Shown here: positions 46,221 to 56,224 of the stretch, in pieces
How positions within the stretch are numbered: position 1 is the stretch's first letter
How the letters are laid out: every line of letters begins with the position of its first letter
Assembly (NCBI GenBank): GCA_052279835.1
Contig: CP181291.1
Coordinates: forward strand, 2,144,001 to 2,208,000
Direction of reading: 5' to 3'
From: Microcoleus sp.
Lineage (GTDB): Bacteria; Cyanobacteriota; Cyanobacteriia; Cyanobacteriales; Microcoleaceae
DNA: 64,000 bases
Notes under the pieces: generated by a model
The model's input: the letters and a program-made list of their open reading frames with translations, nothing else
What the model was told of the DNA's origin: nothing
Databases searched by the model: none
Made by a program: the position numbers and the translations under genes

Positions 46221-46613
46221 TTATTTATTGCAAACAGAAAGCTGCACTTTACAACTGCCTCCTGGTAATTCGCTGCAAGCCGCCAAAGCTTGAGCTTCTG
46301 CTGATGCTTTATCGTCACCCCAACCGGCACCAGCTCCTCCTTTCCCAACGACAATAGCTCCACAGTTATTAGTGTTGGATGTCAGAGGTTCGCAGTCATT
46401 CGCCCCTCCACTATGCTGATTGCAGGCGGCTACTGCGGCATCTAGTGCTTCTTGTTCTGTAGCATGATCCCAACTGATACCCGTGGCATCAGAAGTGGCA
46501 GAATAAGCCGTAGCTCCGTGTTTATCCTGAGCTTGAGCTGTCTGAGCACATAACAGGAGTGGCAATGTCAAAACAGTCGCTAAAACACACTTAGAAAATA
46601 GCTGTTGAAACAT
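46221..46613 (-). CDS. Secreted DUF4189-like Cys-rich protein
   Basis: Signal peptide; GATAYS, A...AVAAC, CGAIV, AL..C repeats. Confidence 0.78.
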   Translation of the reverse strand: MFQQLFSKCVLATVLTLPLLLCAQTAQAQDKHGATAYSATSDATGISWDHATEQEALDAAVAACNQHSGGANDCEPLTSNTNNCGAIVVGKGGAGAGWGDDKASAEAQALAACSELPGGSCKVQLSVCNK

Positions 46614-46800
46614 ATTTAGTGGCTGCCTTTACAGAGTTATATTTTTGTGCTTAATCAATATTAAATCACCCCCGCGAGGGATGTCAATATCCCCATAGTC
46701 ATCTACCAAAAACGTTGTATTGAATAGGCTGTCGGGCCTGTGCCACGAGAATTAGGCCAGAAGTCTCATCTCAAATCCCAAATCTCAACTCTAAAATCCG

Positions 46801-47628
46801 ATGACTGATATCCGCAAAATCCTCAACCAACTTGCCGCCCAAGCAGGAAAGCTCCTCGATACCCAATTCCTCGCACCTTGCGTGGGAGGGGGAAGGGTGC
46901 GGACAAGGATAGATGGAATGATTTACAGGTTTAAACCGCAGCCTCGCAATTTTGAAGGCTGGGGTATTTTTCAACCAATAAATGAGAAAAATGCTGCCTT
47001 AGTTGCAGAGCCAGATTTGGCACAAGTCACAGAGTATTTACAACTGCTTGTGCCAGTTCGTTTGCAATTAGCTCATGTACTAAGAGGGCAAACTTGGCTG
47101 GCTTATCCGGTTAATGAATCTGATGTAAAACAGCGTACTGGTTTTGTTAAACCTGTAGCCGTACATCTCGTAACAGAAGGCTTGCAGTTTGAGCCGATAG
47201 TTGCTAGATGGGATGGTCATTATTGGTGGTTTGAGGAAATAAATCGACGGGCAGATCCTCTACCTGCTGAGGAATTAAGGGCTTCTTTAAAAACGTTAAA
47301 TTTGCCTCAAGAAATACGCTTTAAAGGCATGACACCGGAAATGGCAACTGTTTATGAATTGGTGACACAAAATATCAAAGATTCTGACCCTAAATTTAGG
47401 GATGAACAGCGCTTGCAGCGAGCTTTGCACATGGGGGGAGGAGAATTACAAGGTTTTTGCGATCGCGATGACTATTGGCTGGTGGAATGGACTAGCCGGA
47501 CTGGTGAAAGACATTCTTCGGCTATTGCTAAGGATGATTTGACTGTGATGAGTGCTGGTATTTGTCTGAGTGGATTAGACAGAAACTTCGATTTGCAGTC
47601 TTTAGTTGGTGTAGTCGAGGATAGATAA
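46801..47628 (+). CDS. Hypothetical protein with C-terminal E2(UBC)-like SAGICLSG motif
   Basis: 275-aa ORF upstream of ThiF; Cys codon at 47563-47565 in a GICL context; the E2 assignment is inference. Confidence 0.55.
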   Translation: MTDIRKILNQLAAQAGKLLDTQFLAPCVGGGRVRTRIDGMIYRFKPQPRNFEGWGIFQPINEKNAALVAEPDLAQVTEYLQLLVPVRLQLAHVLRGQTWLAYPVNESDVKQRTGFVKPVAVHLVTEGLQFEPIVARWDGHYWWFEEINRRADPLPAEELRASLKTLNLPQEIRFKGMTPEMATVYELVTQNIKDSDPKFRDEQRLQRALHMGGGELQGFCDRDDYWLVEWTSRTGERHSSAIAKDDLTVMSAGICLSGLDRNFDLQSLVGVVEDR

Positions 47629-47656
47629 TTTTGTTATTGGTTATTTGTGTTAATTC

Positions 47657-47820
47657 CAATGCCCAATGCCCAATTCCCCCCTTGGGGGGGGTAGGGGGGG
47701 TTCCCCAATGCCCAATACCCAATACCCAATCCCCAATGCCCAATGCCCAATTCCCAATTCCCAATCCCCAATCCCCAATTCCCCCCTTGGGGCAGTAGGT
47801 GGGGGTTCCCCAATGCCCAA
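47657..47820. repeat. STRR-type heptamer tandem repeats (CCCAATN) with G/C-run palindromes
   Basis: cccaatg/cccaata/cccaatc arrays. Confidence 0.8.
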
Positions 47821-47838
47821 TCATCAATAACTATAACT

Positions 47839-48477
47839 ATGAGTATTTTTTTTCACGAACAATTGTACAGAACATCATCAGTGATGTCCATGGTTAAAAA
47901 CTTCCCTATTACCGTGTGCGGTGCCGGTGCTTTGGGTGCTAATATTACAGAAAATTTGGCGCGATCGGGATTTGGTCAATTAACTGTAGTCGATCGCGAT
48001 CGCATCGAAGAACGCAATTTGTCCACTCAACCCTATTATCGATCGGATGTTGGCGCATTCAAAGCCAAAATTCTCGCCCACAATCTTTACCGCGCTTTGG
48101 GAGTCAAAATAGAGGCGCACTCAAAAGAATTGACATCCGCCAATGTCGATCGACTACTTGCCAACAGCGCCGCGATCGTTGATACTTTTGATAACAGTGT
48201 AGGAAGGCAAGCAGTCAAAGATTACTGTGCAAGTGTCTCCGTTCCTTGCCTCCATGTAGGATTAGCCAGCGATTACTCCGAAATAATTTGGAACCAACAC
48301 TATCGCGTTCCCTCCCCGGCAAATGATGACGTTTGCGATTACCCGTTGTCGAGAAACTTAGTGATGCTGACAGTTGCTGTTGCTTGCGAAGTAATGGTGG
48401 CATTTGTCGCTACCAAGGAACAACAAAATTTAACTTGCACGATCAAAGATTTTGCCGTAAGACCACTTATATTGTAG
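47839..48477 (+). CDS. ThiF/MoeB/E1-family adenylyltransferase
   Basis: [26 protein letters not shown]-terminal DDVCDYP Cys; start ATG 47839. Confidence 0.9.
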   Translation: MSIFFHEQLYRTSSVMSMVKNFPITVCGAGALGANITENLARSGFGQLTVVDRDRIEERNLSTQPYYRSDVGAFKAKILAHNLYRALGVKIEAHSKELTSANVDRLLANSAAIVDTFDNSVGRQAVKDYCASVSVPCLHVGLASDYSEIIWNQHYRVPSPANDDVCDYPLSRNLVMLTVAVACEVMVAFVATKEQQNLTCTIKDFAVRPLIL

Positions 48478-48609
48478 AATGTCTAGTGGCCATTGCCAGA
48501 AACCCGATCGCATGAGATGAGATACCTCTGTCCCATAAATCCGGTTTCTAACTCTCAAAGGCGATCGTCAAACACGCAAAATAAGCTTAAGAAAATTAAC
48601 AGGGAAATT

Positions 48610-48978
48610 ATGGTCGGACAACAGACATTTTCTATTTTACTAGCAGTTCTAGCCCTATTAGTTTTGACTGGCGTCGGTGGAGCAAATTATGCTTCTAGCG
48701 GCGACGCAGTTTGCCGCACAAATGATTGCCACGAACCCCAAAAAAAATCTCATAAACCGCACAAAAGGATTTTAAAACACGGATCGAGAGGAGAAGATGT
48801 CAGAAAGCTGCAAAAATTATTAAACGCGCGAGGTTTGTGCCCACAGCCGATCGTAGTGGACGGCATTTTCGGCCCAACAACTCTCACAGCGGTGAAAAAA
48901 TTTCAGCGACAAGCTAACCTTCCGGTAGATGGAATTGTCGGCGGAGAAACTTGGGACAGACTATTTGCTAGTTTGTAA
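48610..48978 (+). CDS. Secreted peptidoglycan-binding domain protein
   Basis: LKHGSRGEDVRKLQ, DGIFGPTT..AVKKFQ, VDGIVG..TW. Confidence 0.85.
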   Translation: MVGQQTFSILLAVLALLVLTGVGGANYASSGDAVCRTNDCHEPQKKSHKPHKRILKHGSRGEDVRKLQKLLNARGLCPQPIVVDGIFGPTTLTAVKKFQRQANLPVDGIVGGETWDRLFASL

Positions 48979-49052
48979 ATTCAAGCACCGTGCAATACAA
49001 TTTCTTAAGTCAGTTTTGCTAATCAATCATCCCTCCAATACTCCCTTATTTC

Positions 49053-49748
49053 TTAGTCCTCGGCGGTTAAAACCGCCGAGGGATTTTTCGATGCTTTGAC
49101 AAACATTTGCCCTCCCAAAAACTGCCATAAAAAAGGCAGTTTCAAGTAAATTTTCAAAAGCAGCGGCGAGGCTGGTCTACCTTTGGTAGAAAATGGTAAA
49201 AATCTCGGTATCATCAAATCTATTTGAAAACCAACAGTTTCTAAAAGCTCTTGCAGCGATAAGTGCGTAATCGGTAATTGATGGTCAATAAAATCGTAGT
49301 ATTCCTTGTAAGAATATTTGAAATTTGGCTGAATCACCAAAAGAGAACCGTTGGACTTGAGAGAATCAAAGCAAAATGAAATAATTTGGACTAATTCTTC
49401 TTTATTATTCAAATGTTCAAAAAAATTAGAGATAAAAATGCGGTCAAACTGTTCGGTAAATAAATGGCGATCGCCTAAATTTAAAACATCAATATTCAGC
49501 ACTTTAATATCAGCATTAGCAAATATTTGTGAATCAGGATTGAGGTCAATTAAGCATTTGTTGTCTGCCAGAATCTGATTTATAAACTCGCAATAACCCC
49601 CACCAATATCTAAAATAGATGATTGCGAGGGAACATATTTTTGTAAAAAATCGTCAATTAATACTTTCCAAAGCAATACCTTAGCTTCCATCTGTCTGGA
49701 ATCAAATCGATTAGCGTACAATTTTTTGAGATATCCGTCAGCTTTCAT
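49053..49748 (-). CDS. Class I SAM-dependent methyltransferase
   Basis: ILDIGGGYCE, SNFFEHL. Confidence 0.85.
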   Translation of the reverse strand: MKADGYLKKLYANRFDSRQMEAKVLLWKVLIDDFLQKYVPSQSSILDIGGGYCEFINQILADNKCLIDLNPDSQIFANADIKVLNIDVLNLGDRHLFTEQFDRIFISNFFEHLNNKEELVQIISFCFDSLKSNGSLLVIQPNFKYSYKEYYDFIDHQLPITHLSLQELLETVGFQIDLMIPRFLPFSTKGRPASPLLLKIYLKLPFLWQFLGGQMFVKASKNPSAVLTAED

Positions 49749-49770
49749 AGTAAGATAGTATTCAGTAAGT

Positions 49771-50343
49771 ATGACTTTATCACTATCCCAGGCAACTATG
49801 AACGTTATATCTACCGAAATACCGGAAGTTTTGATAATTGAGCCGAAAATTTTCGGAGACGATCGCGGTTTCTTTTTTGAAAGTTTTAATCACAAAGCTT
49901 TTGGAGAAAAAACTGGTGTGACGGCAGATTTTGTTCAAGACAATCATTCCAAATCCTCGAAAAATGTATTGCGCGGATTGCACTACCAAATGCAGCAGCC
50001 TCAAGGCAAATTACTGCGGGTAGTGAGTGGTGAAATATTTGATGTCGCTGTGGATATTAGAAAAAGCTCGCCGACTTTTGGACAATGGGTGGGGTGTATG
50101 CTGAGTGCTGAAAATAAACAGCAACTCTGGGTGCCGGCGGGATTTGCTCACGGTTTTTTAGTCGTTTCTGAAACTGCGGAAGTTTTGTACAAAACTACAG
50201 ACTACTATGCACCAAGTCACGAGCGGTGTATCCTGTGGAATGACCCTGATTTGGCGATCGATTGGCCGCTGGATGGTGCCCAACCAATTTTATCAGCTAA
50301 AGACCAAGCCGGACAAACCTTGAAAAGAGCTCAAGTATTTTAG
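49771..50343 (+). CDS. rfbC: dTDP-4-dehydrorhamnose 3,5-epimerase
   Basis: DDRGFFFE, VQDNHS, LRGLHYQ, GFAHGF. Confidence 0.95.
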   Translation: MTLSLSQATMNVISTEIPEVLIIEPKIFGDDRGFFFESFNHKAFGEKTGVTADFVQDNHSKSSKNVLRGLHYQMQQPQGKLLRVVSGEIFDVAVDIRKSSPTFGQWVGCMLSAENKQQLWVPAGFAHGFLVVSETAEVLYKTTDYYAPSHERCILWNDPDLAIDWPLDGAQPILSAKDQAGQTLKRAQVF

Positions 50344-50346
50344 ATA

Positions 50347-51218
50347 ATGAAAATCTTACTGACAGGTGGCAGCGGACAACTCGCTCAAGAATTGCAGCCA
50401 ATTTTATTATCTTCGGGAGAGGTAATTGCAGTCGATCGCGCTCGTCTCGACTTATCCCAACCCGAAACTATTCGTCAAGCAATAGCCGAAATTCAACCGC
50501 ATTTAGTTGTCAATGCGGGTGCTTACACTGCTGTAGACAAAGCAGAAACCGAACCAGAATTAGCACAGGCTGTCAACGGCATTGCCCCTGGCATTATAGC
50601 CGAAGAATGCGAAAAACTGGGAGCAACATTGATTCATATTTCCACGGATTATGTATTTGATGGCAGCCAGGGTTATCCTTATCAAGAAACAGATTCTACC
50701 AATCCCCTGGGCAGTTACGGCAAGTCAAAATTAGCTGGTGAAGAAGCAATTAGACAAGCCGGAAATCGGCACATTATTATTAGAACAGCCTGGGTTATGG
50801 CAACGGTGGCAAAGGTAATTTTGTCAAAACCATGCTGAGGCTGGGCAAAGACAGGGAAGAAATTCGAGTAGTCGCAGATCAGATCGGAAGTCCTACTTGG
50901 ACAGGAGATTTAGCTGCGGCAATTTCCCAGATAATTCCTAAAATTCAACCCGAAATTTTCGGAACTTACCAATATACAAACAGCGGAGTTTGTAGTTGGT
51001 ATGATTTGGCGATCGCCATTTTTGAAGAAGCAGAAAAACTGGGCTTTCCCCTAAAAGTTCAGCGTGTAATTCCGATTACAACATCAGAATATCCAACACC
51101 AGCCAAACGTCCGGCTTTTTCTGTCCTTTCACCTGTGAAAATATCAGGAATTCTCGGCACACATCCTCCCTATTGGCGGGAATCTCTCCGGCAAATGCTG
51201 GCAAGAGAAGTCAAATAA
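50347..51218 (+). CDS. rfbD: dTDP-4-dehydrorhamnose reductase (apparent -1 frameshift near 50795)
   Basis: GGSGQL, AYTAVDKAE, STDYVFDG, YGKSK; continues DQIGSPT in the other frame. Confidence 0.92.
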
Positions 51219-51347
51219 ACATTGTAGGGGCGAGTTTGGTAGGGTTAGTGGAGATGGTGCGTGCCTACCCCTACCTACTAAGTTTCGCCCCTACAAAAAA
51301 TGCAACAGCCCCGTTGTAAGTCAACACCATTCGTGTTTCAAAATCCG

Positions 51348-53096
51348 ATGAAATTCCAACCACAATATGTTTTAATTGGTGCATCTGTTCTAGGGATTAT
51401 CATACCAGCTTCCTTTATTTTATATCTGATATCGCAAGCCGGAGATTTATCTAATTTTGACTATTGGTGGATGACATGGAATTTCTATTCAGTCGAGGGT
51501 TTTGCCACTAATCCTTTGAATTGGATCTTTCGTGCCAACGAGCATTTTGTCTTGATTCCAGCAATTATCTATGCCTTGAATATAGTTATTACCCAAGGTT
51601 CAAATATCGGCTTATGTGTATTTGCCTGGTTTTTGGCTTTGCTCCAGTGCCACGTATTAATCGCTTTGCTACCTGTGAAATTGAGCCGTTTTCCGGTGCA
51701 ATTTATCTTCATTATAGTTGCTATTTCTATTTTTAATTTTACTCCAGCAGCGGCTCATAATTGGATGCGGGGATTTAGTGGTGTACATTGGATAATAGCT
51801 AATTTATTTGTAATTTGTGCGATATTTTGTTTGCAATCCTATGCCAAAAGTTTGTCCGTAACTGCGGTGCAGCCGCCCTCCTTTTCCCCTTTACAAAATA
51901 AGTGGGTAATTGGTAGCATTGTTTTTGGTATTTTAGGTTGTATTAGTTACAGCACTCCTTTAGGCTTGTGGCCAATATTGTGTGCTGCTGCTATAGTGTT
52001 GCGCTTTCCTAGACAAGTTATTTATTTGTATTTTGGTGTTTCTATTGCGGTGGTGGGCACTTATTTTTTGACTTATAAAACCCCCGCTCATCACCCTTCT
52101 TTAACCAAAATAAACCCGCTGAAATTTATTGAATATATTCCTACTTATTTAGGCGGAATTTTTAGCGAAAATATTTCGATTGCCTCAATTATTGGCATCA
52201 TAGGTTTGATAGCTGTAACGAGTTTTGTTGGTTATTGGTTGTTTGGTAAAAAGAGCGATCGCACCGAGTGGCTACCTTGGCTATCAATCCAGATTTACAC
52301 CTTGCAAACAGCGTTAATGGCCGCCGTTAGTCGATCGGGATTTGGAGTGGAACAAGCCACAGCTTCCCGCTACGCCACACTCCCGGCACTTTTTTGGATG
52401 AGCACCATTCTCCTGACGGTATTGTGGGTACGCCAATCACAACTAACTCCCAGAATCCAAACACGTTGGCTGACATCGCTGTTAGGAATCACCACAATAG
52501 CGATCGTATTAATGTACGGCGTGGGAGGAGACATAGCAAGTGCGATCGCCCAGAGAGCAACCTATCAACCCCTAGTCGCATTATCATTACAATTAGGTAT
52601 CACCGATGTCACATTAATTAAAGAAAAAGTAGGCAACAGACCAGCCGCTTTCATCGGCTTAATCGATGCCTTAAAAACTCATAACTTAGTGCCATTTAAC
52701 CGAGACATTAAACAACAAAACTTCTGTGCACCACTAGATACAAAAATAGATCCAAACTTACTATCAGCCCCCAAAGACGGAGTACCAGGATACTTTGATA
52801 TAATCACAAAACTCGCACCAAGTGCCGGCAGAGTAATTGGCTGGATAGGAGACCCAGAAAACAATGTAAAATGTATAGCCATCCTCAACCAAGAAAATGT
52901 CGTTCGAGGTTTCGCCATGTCAGGATTTCCCCGCCCCGATTTAGTTAATTTATTTGGCCCATCCTACGCATCCGCAGCTTGGAGAGGCTACATTCAGACA
53001 TCACCAACCGACAAATTCTTAACAGCCTACGCATCATTCAAAAACCGCCAAGGCTGGGTAGCCCTGCGAAATTCACAAACCATCAATAAAAATTAA
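51348..53096 (+). CDS. Polytopic membrane protein (GT-C-like)
   Basis: Many TM segments, NEH motif, R.GFG..QA..SRY; start uncertain. Confidence 0.65.
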   Translation: MKFQPQYVLIGASVLGIIIPASFILYLISQAGDLSNFDYWWMTWNFYSVEGFATNPLNWIFRANEHFVLIPAIIYALNIVITQGSNIGLCVFAWFLALLQCHVLIALLPVKLSRFPVQFIFIIVAISIFNFTPAAAHNWMRGFSGVHWIIANLFVICAIFCLQSYAKSLSVTAVQPPSFSPLQNKWVIGSIVFGILGCISYSTPLGLWPILCAAAIVLRFPRQVIYLYFGVSIAVVGTYFLTYKTPAHHPSLTKINPLKFIEYIPTYLGGIFSENISIASIIGIIGLIAVTSFVGYWLFGKKSDRTEWLPWLSIQIYTLQTALMAAVSRSGFGVEQATASRYATLPALFWMSTILLTVLWVRQSQLTPRIQTRWLTSLLGITTIAIVLMYGVGGDIASAIAQRATYQPLVALSLQLGITDVTLIKEKVGNRPAAFIGLIDALKTHNLVPFNRDIKQQNFCAPLDTKIDPNLLSAPKDGVPGYFDIITKLAPSAGRVIGWIGDPENNVKCIAILNQENVVRGFAMSGFPRPDLVNLFGPSYASAAWRGYIQTSPTDKFLTAYASFKNRQGWVALRNSQTINKN

Positions 53097-53249
53097 AAAC
53101 CCACCCAAAAACCCCTCTCTACTCTCCCTCTCTGCGCCCTCTGCGCCCTCTGCGGTTAAAAAAAGTAGGCCTAGGAAATTCACAAACCATCAATAAAAAT
53201 TAAAAACTCACCCAAAAACCCCTCTCTGCGCCCTCTGCGGTTAAAAAAA
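53068..53249. repeat. Tandem duplication of the gene 3' end and downstream sequence
   Basis: gaaattcacaaaccatcaataaaaattaaaaac(c/t)cacccaaaaacccctctct at 53068 and 53175. Confidence 0.8.
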
Positions 53250-53250
53250 T

Positions 53251-54225
53251 ATGCAAAAACACCTTAGTTTCGTCATCCCCGTTCACAACGAAGAAGCAAC
53301 CCTAAAATTGCTGTTTGAAAAAATTCAAATTGTGATGACCCAAACCAGAATAGACAATTACGAAGTAATTTTCATAGACGACGGTAGTCGCGACTATTCT
53401 TGGCGAGAAATCATAGATTTAGCCAGGAATAATCCCAAACTAATTAAAGCCATTAAACTGCGTCGCAACTTTGGCAAATCAGCCGCCCTTGCCGCCGGAT
53501 TTCGCAATTCATCAGGCAGAATAATCTTTACTCTAGATGCGGATCTTCAGGATGATCCGGCGGAAATACCTAGATTTTTAGACCATTTGGAATTGGGATT
53601 TGATTTAGTTTCGGGTTGGCGAAAACAGCGGAACGATCCAATTTCTAAAACTTTACCTTCCAAGTTGTTTAATGCGGTGGCGTGTTTGGTAACTGGCGTA
53701 CAAATGCACGATATGAATTGCGGTTTTAAAGCTTATCGCCAGGAAGTTTTAGCATCTATTAAATTGTATGGAGAATTGCACCGCTACATTCCGGCTTTAG
53801 CCAACAATTTGGGTTTTAAAATTGGGGAAGTGGTTGTCGAACACCATTCCCGCAAACATGGAAAATCTAATTATGGCTGGGAACGTTATGCACGGGGTTT
53901 TCTGGACTTGTTGACGGTGTTGGCAACGACGCATTATTTACAGAAACCGGGTCATTTGTTTGGGGGTTTAGGGTTGTTTTTTGGCTTGATTGGGACTGTT
54001 TCACTGAGTTATTTGATTGTGATTTGGTTTTTGAATTTGGGAGGGATGAATTTTGGTCCGATCGGGAATCGACCTTTGTTATTTTTTGGGATTTTGTGTA
54101 CAATCATGTCGGTACAGTTAATTTCGCTGGGGATTTTGGCCGAGTTGATGGCGCGAAATGTGAATGCTGATTATGTGGATAAGCAGATTTGTGAAATTAT
54201 TGATGATTCTAATATTGATGTTTGA
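53251..54225 (+). CDS. GT2 polyprenyl-phosphate glycosyltransferase (ArnC/DPM1-like)
   Basis: VIPVHNEE, DDGSRD, RNFGKSAAL, DADLQDDP, two C-terminal TM segments. Confidence 0.9.
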   Translation: MQKHLSFVIPVHNEEATLKLLFEKIQIVMTQTRIDNYEVIFIDDGSRDYSWREIIDLARNNPKLIKAIKLRRNFGKSAALAAGFRNSSGRIIFTLDADLQDDPAEIPRFLDHLELGFDLVSGWRKQRNDPISKTLPSKLFNAVACLVTGVQMHDMNCGFKAYRQEVLASIKLYGELHRYIPALANNLGFKIGEVVVEHHSRKHGKSNYGWERYARGFLDLLTVLATTHYLQKPGHLFGGLGLFFGLIGTVSLSYLIVIWFLNLGGMNFGPIGNRPLLFFGILCTIMSVQLISLGILAELMARNVNADYVDKQICEIIDDSNIDV

Positions 54226-54372
54226 AGGAATAAGGAAGAAGGAAGAAGGAAGAAGTCACCCCCCATTACTTCCCCCCTTGGGGGGGGCAGGGGGGGGTAG
54301 CCCGATTCCCAATTCCCCATTACTTCCCCCCTTGGGGGGGGCAGGGGGGGTAGCCCGATTCCCAATTCCCCA

Positions 54373-56217
54373 TTACCTAATTTTATAAAGTATCCATTTG
54401 CCTTGTTTATCTGTGATTTCCCCTTGAATATTGGGATGCCAGTCACTACAAGTTAGGATATAATCGGCGCGGTATTTTCTCGCAACTTCGACTAAATCGC
54501 TGCTATTGCGGCGACTGAATAAGTCATTTCCTCCCCAAATCATTTGCGGATTCAAGGGGACTCCTAACACGCTTTCCATGCGATTTTGCCATTCTTTGAT
54601 ACCTGTTTCTGTCAAGGGAAAGTTCTTGAAATTGACTACAATTGCTCTTTGGGAAAAGTATTGAAAACTGGTGACAGATGGTGGAATTAATACCAGTGCA
54701 TCTTGACTGCTAGTTTTTGAGAAGCGTAGGGCTAATTGGTTTAAGTCGTCTTGGGGAATGGCATTGATATTAATTCTAGTTTGAAATACATCTAACATTG
54801 GTTTGGGGATAATTCCGGCTATTCCTAAAACTAAAATGCTGGTAGCTACCAAAGCTAATAGATAAGTAGCTGCTTGTTTGATTGCTGTAGGAAGTGAGAG
54901 TTTTTCTAAGATGAAGGGAAACGCTAGAATTGAAAATAAAACAGGTATGCTAATTATCCTCTCTATTATTTCTCCTGAATTAGTCAGTGGATATATCAAG
55001 CTGAAAATCAAGGTGACTGTGGTAAAAATCCAGGGCAAAATAGTGTAGCGTTTAGCAATGGTATATTTGGGGTTTTGGAAAATTAATAAAAATATGAATA
55101 ATGCTAGAAATAAAATACCTCGGTTGGGTAAAGTGAAGATAATTAACAGTAAAAAAATCATCGCCATTTGTTGTTTTTGGTAAAGTCTCTCGACTAGCAA
55201 ACTCACAGCAATGAATATCATTATTTGAGCAAAAGGTACTGTTCTCGCTAACTGGAGTTTTGCAATCAAAGCCAGCGGGTAAACTTCCACAAATAGGTAA
55301 TTTAAGACTAATGCAAAAATTGATGTAGCAATGATTATTGAAAAGTTAATTTTGTCGGCTTTTCCCAGGGTATTTGTATTTTTGATGCAAAGCAAACCGC
55401 CACTAATTAAACAGATAAAGTTTAACCAATTGTTGCCCACATTCCAATTGGAAGGGAGGATGTGGTGAGGATTGCGAATTTTTGCGTGAATGTAAACAAA
55501 TTCGGCATTATTCATAGTATGAGTGCCAGTAGTACCTGTTAGCAACATCGGTAAATAAACGATACTTGCCATTGTGCCTAAAAGTGCGATCGCCAAAATT
55601 AGACTTTTGAACCTTCGCTGTTTGACAGATTCCAGAATCAGCACAGGCATCATCATTAACCCCGGCAACAAACCGACTAAAAATTGCAACAAACAAGCTA
55701 GTCCAAAACAGAAATATCCTGGCAGCCATTTCTGACGCAAACTAAAGTAAATCCCCCAGATTGCGAAACCCATTGCAAAGGTACTGGGCACGGATTTGGT
55801 AGAAAATATCAGCGTGTTCCCAACATCTGTAAATGAGGATGCTAAGCATAAAAAAGTCAGGGCTGCTGCGGGCAATTTTGCCTTAGTATATATGTTGATA
55901 ATTGCGTGACAAGCTAGGACAACTGAACCCAATGCTAGGAATTGATAAATAAAATGCACTAAGGGAATACTTAACCCTAGACTTGCCAAGAAATAAATGA
56001 TATGATAATAGTAGTATCTGGGATTAAATTTAACCATTTCCTGAACATGATAGTCATTTTTATAGAGTTCAGAATTTAGGAGATGTTGGATTTGTGGCAA
56101 TTCGGGAAAGTTGCCTCCTACGGGAAATTGATAGCCTGTTGCTATCAACGCACCGATGATGACAAAGGTATAGATGGATAAGTTAAAATACCAGTTAGAT
56201 TTTTGAGATTTCTGCAT
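54373..56217 (-). CDS. Polytopic membrane protein (GT-C-like)
   Basis: Many TM segments; RNPHH; EW..R soluble tail. Confidence 0.7.
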   Translation of the reverse strand: MQKSQKSNWYFNLSIYTFVIIGALIATGYQFPVGGNFPELPQIQHLLNSELYKNDYHVQEMVKFNPRYYYYHIIYFLASLGLSIPLVHFIYQFLALGSVVLACHAIINIYTKAKLPAAALTFLCLASSFTDVGNTLIFSTKSVPSTFAMGFAIWGIYFSLRQKWLPGYFCFGLACLLQFLVGLLPGLMMMPVLILESVKQRRFKSLILAIALLGTMASIVYLPMLLTGTTGTHTMNNAEFVYIHAKIRNPHHILPSNWNVGNNWLNFICLISGGLLCIKNTNTLGKADKINFSIIIATSIFALVLNYLFVEVYPLALIAKLQLARTVPFAQIMIFIAVSLLVERLYQKQQMAMIFLLLIIFTLPNRGILFLALFIFLLIFQNPKYTIAKRYTILPWIFTTVTLIFSLIYPLTNSGEIIERIISIPVLFSILAFPFILEKLSLPTAIKQAATYLLALVATSILVLGIAGIIPKPMLDVFQTRININAIPQDDLNQLALRFSKTSSQDALVLIPPSVTSFQYFSQRAIVVNFKNFPLTETGIKEWQNRMESVLGVPLNPQMIWGGNDLFSRRNSSDLVEVARKYRADYILTCSDWHPNIQGEITDKQGKWILYKIR

Positions 56218-56224
56218 TGACGGT

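Noticed and set aside
47528..47838. ORF 47528-47827 (-) and N-terminal extension of ThiF
   Set aside because: STRR repeat translations (GIGDW, PIPNP).
47839..48477. Housekeeping moeB/thiF
   Set aside because: It lacks the CxxC zinc motifs and rhodanese domain, and no thi/moa genes are nearby.
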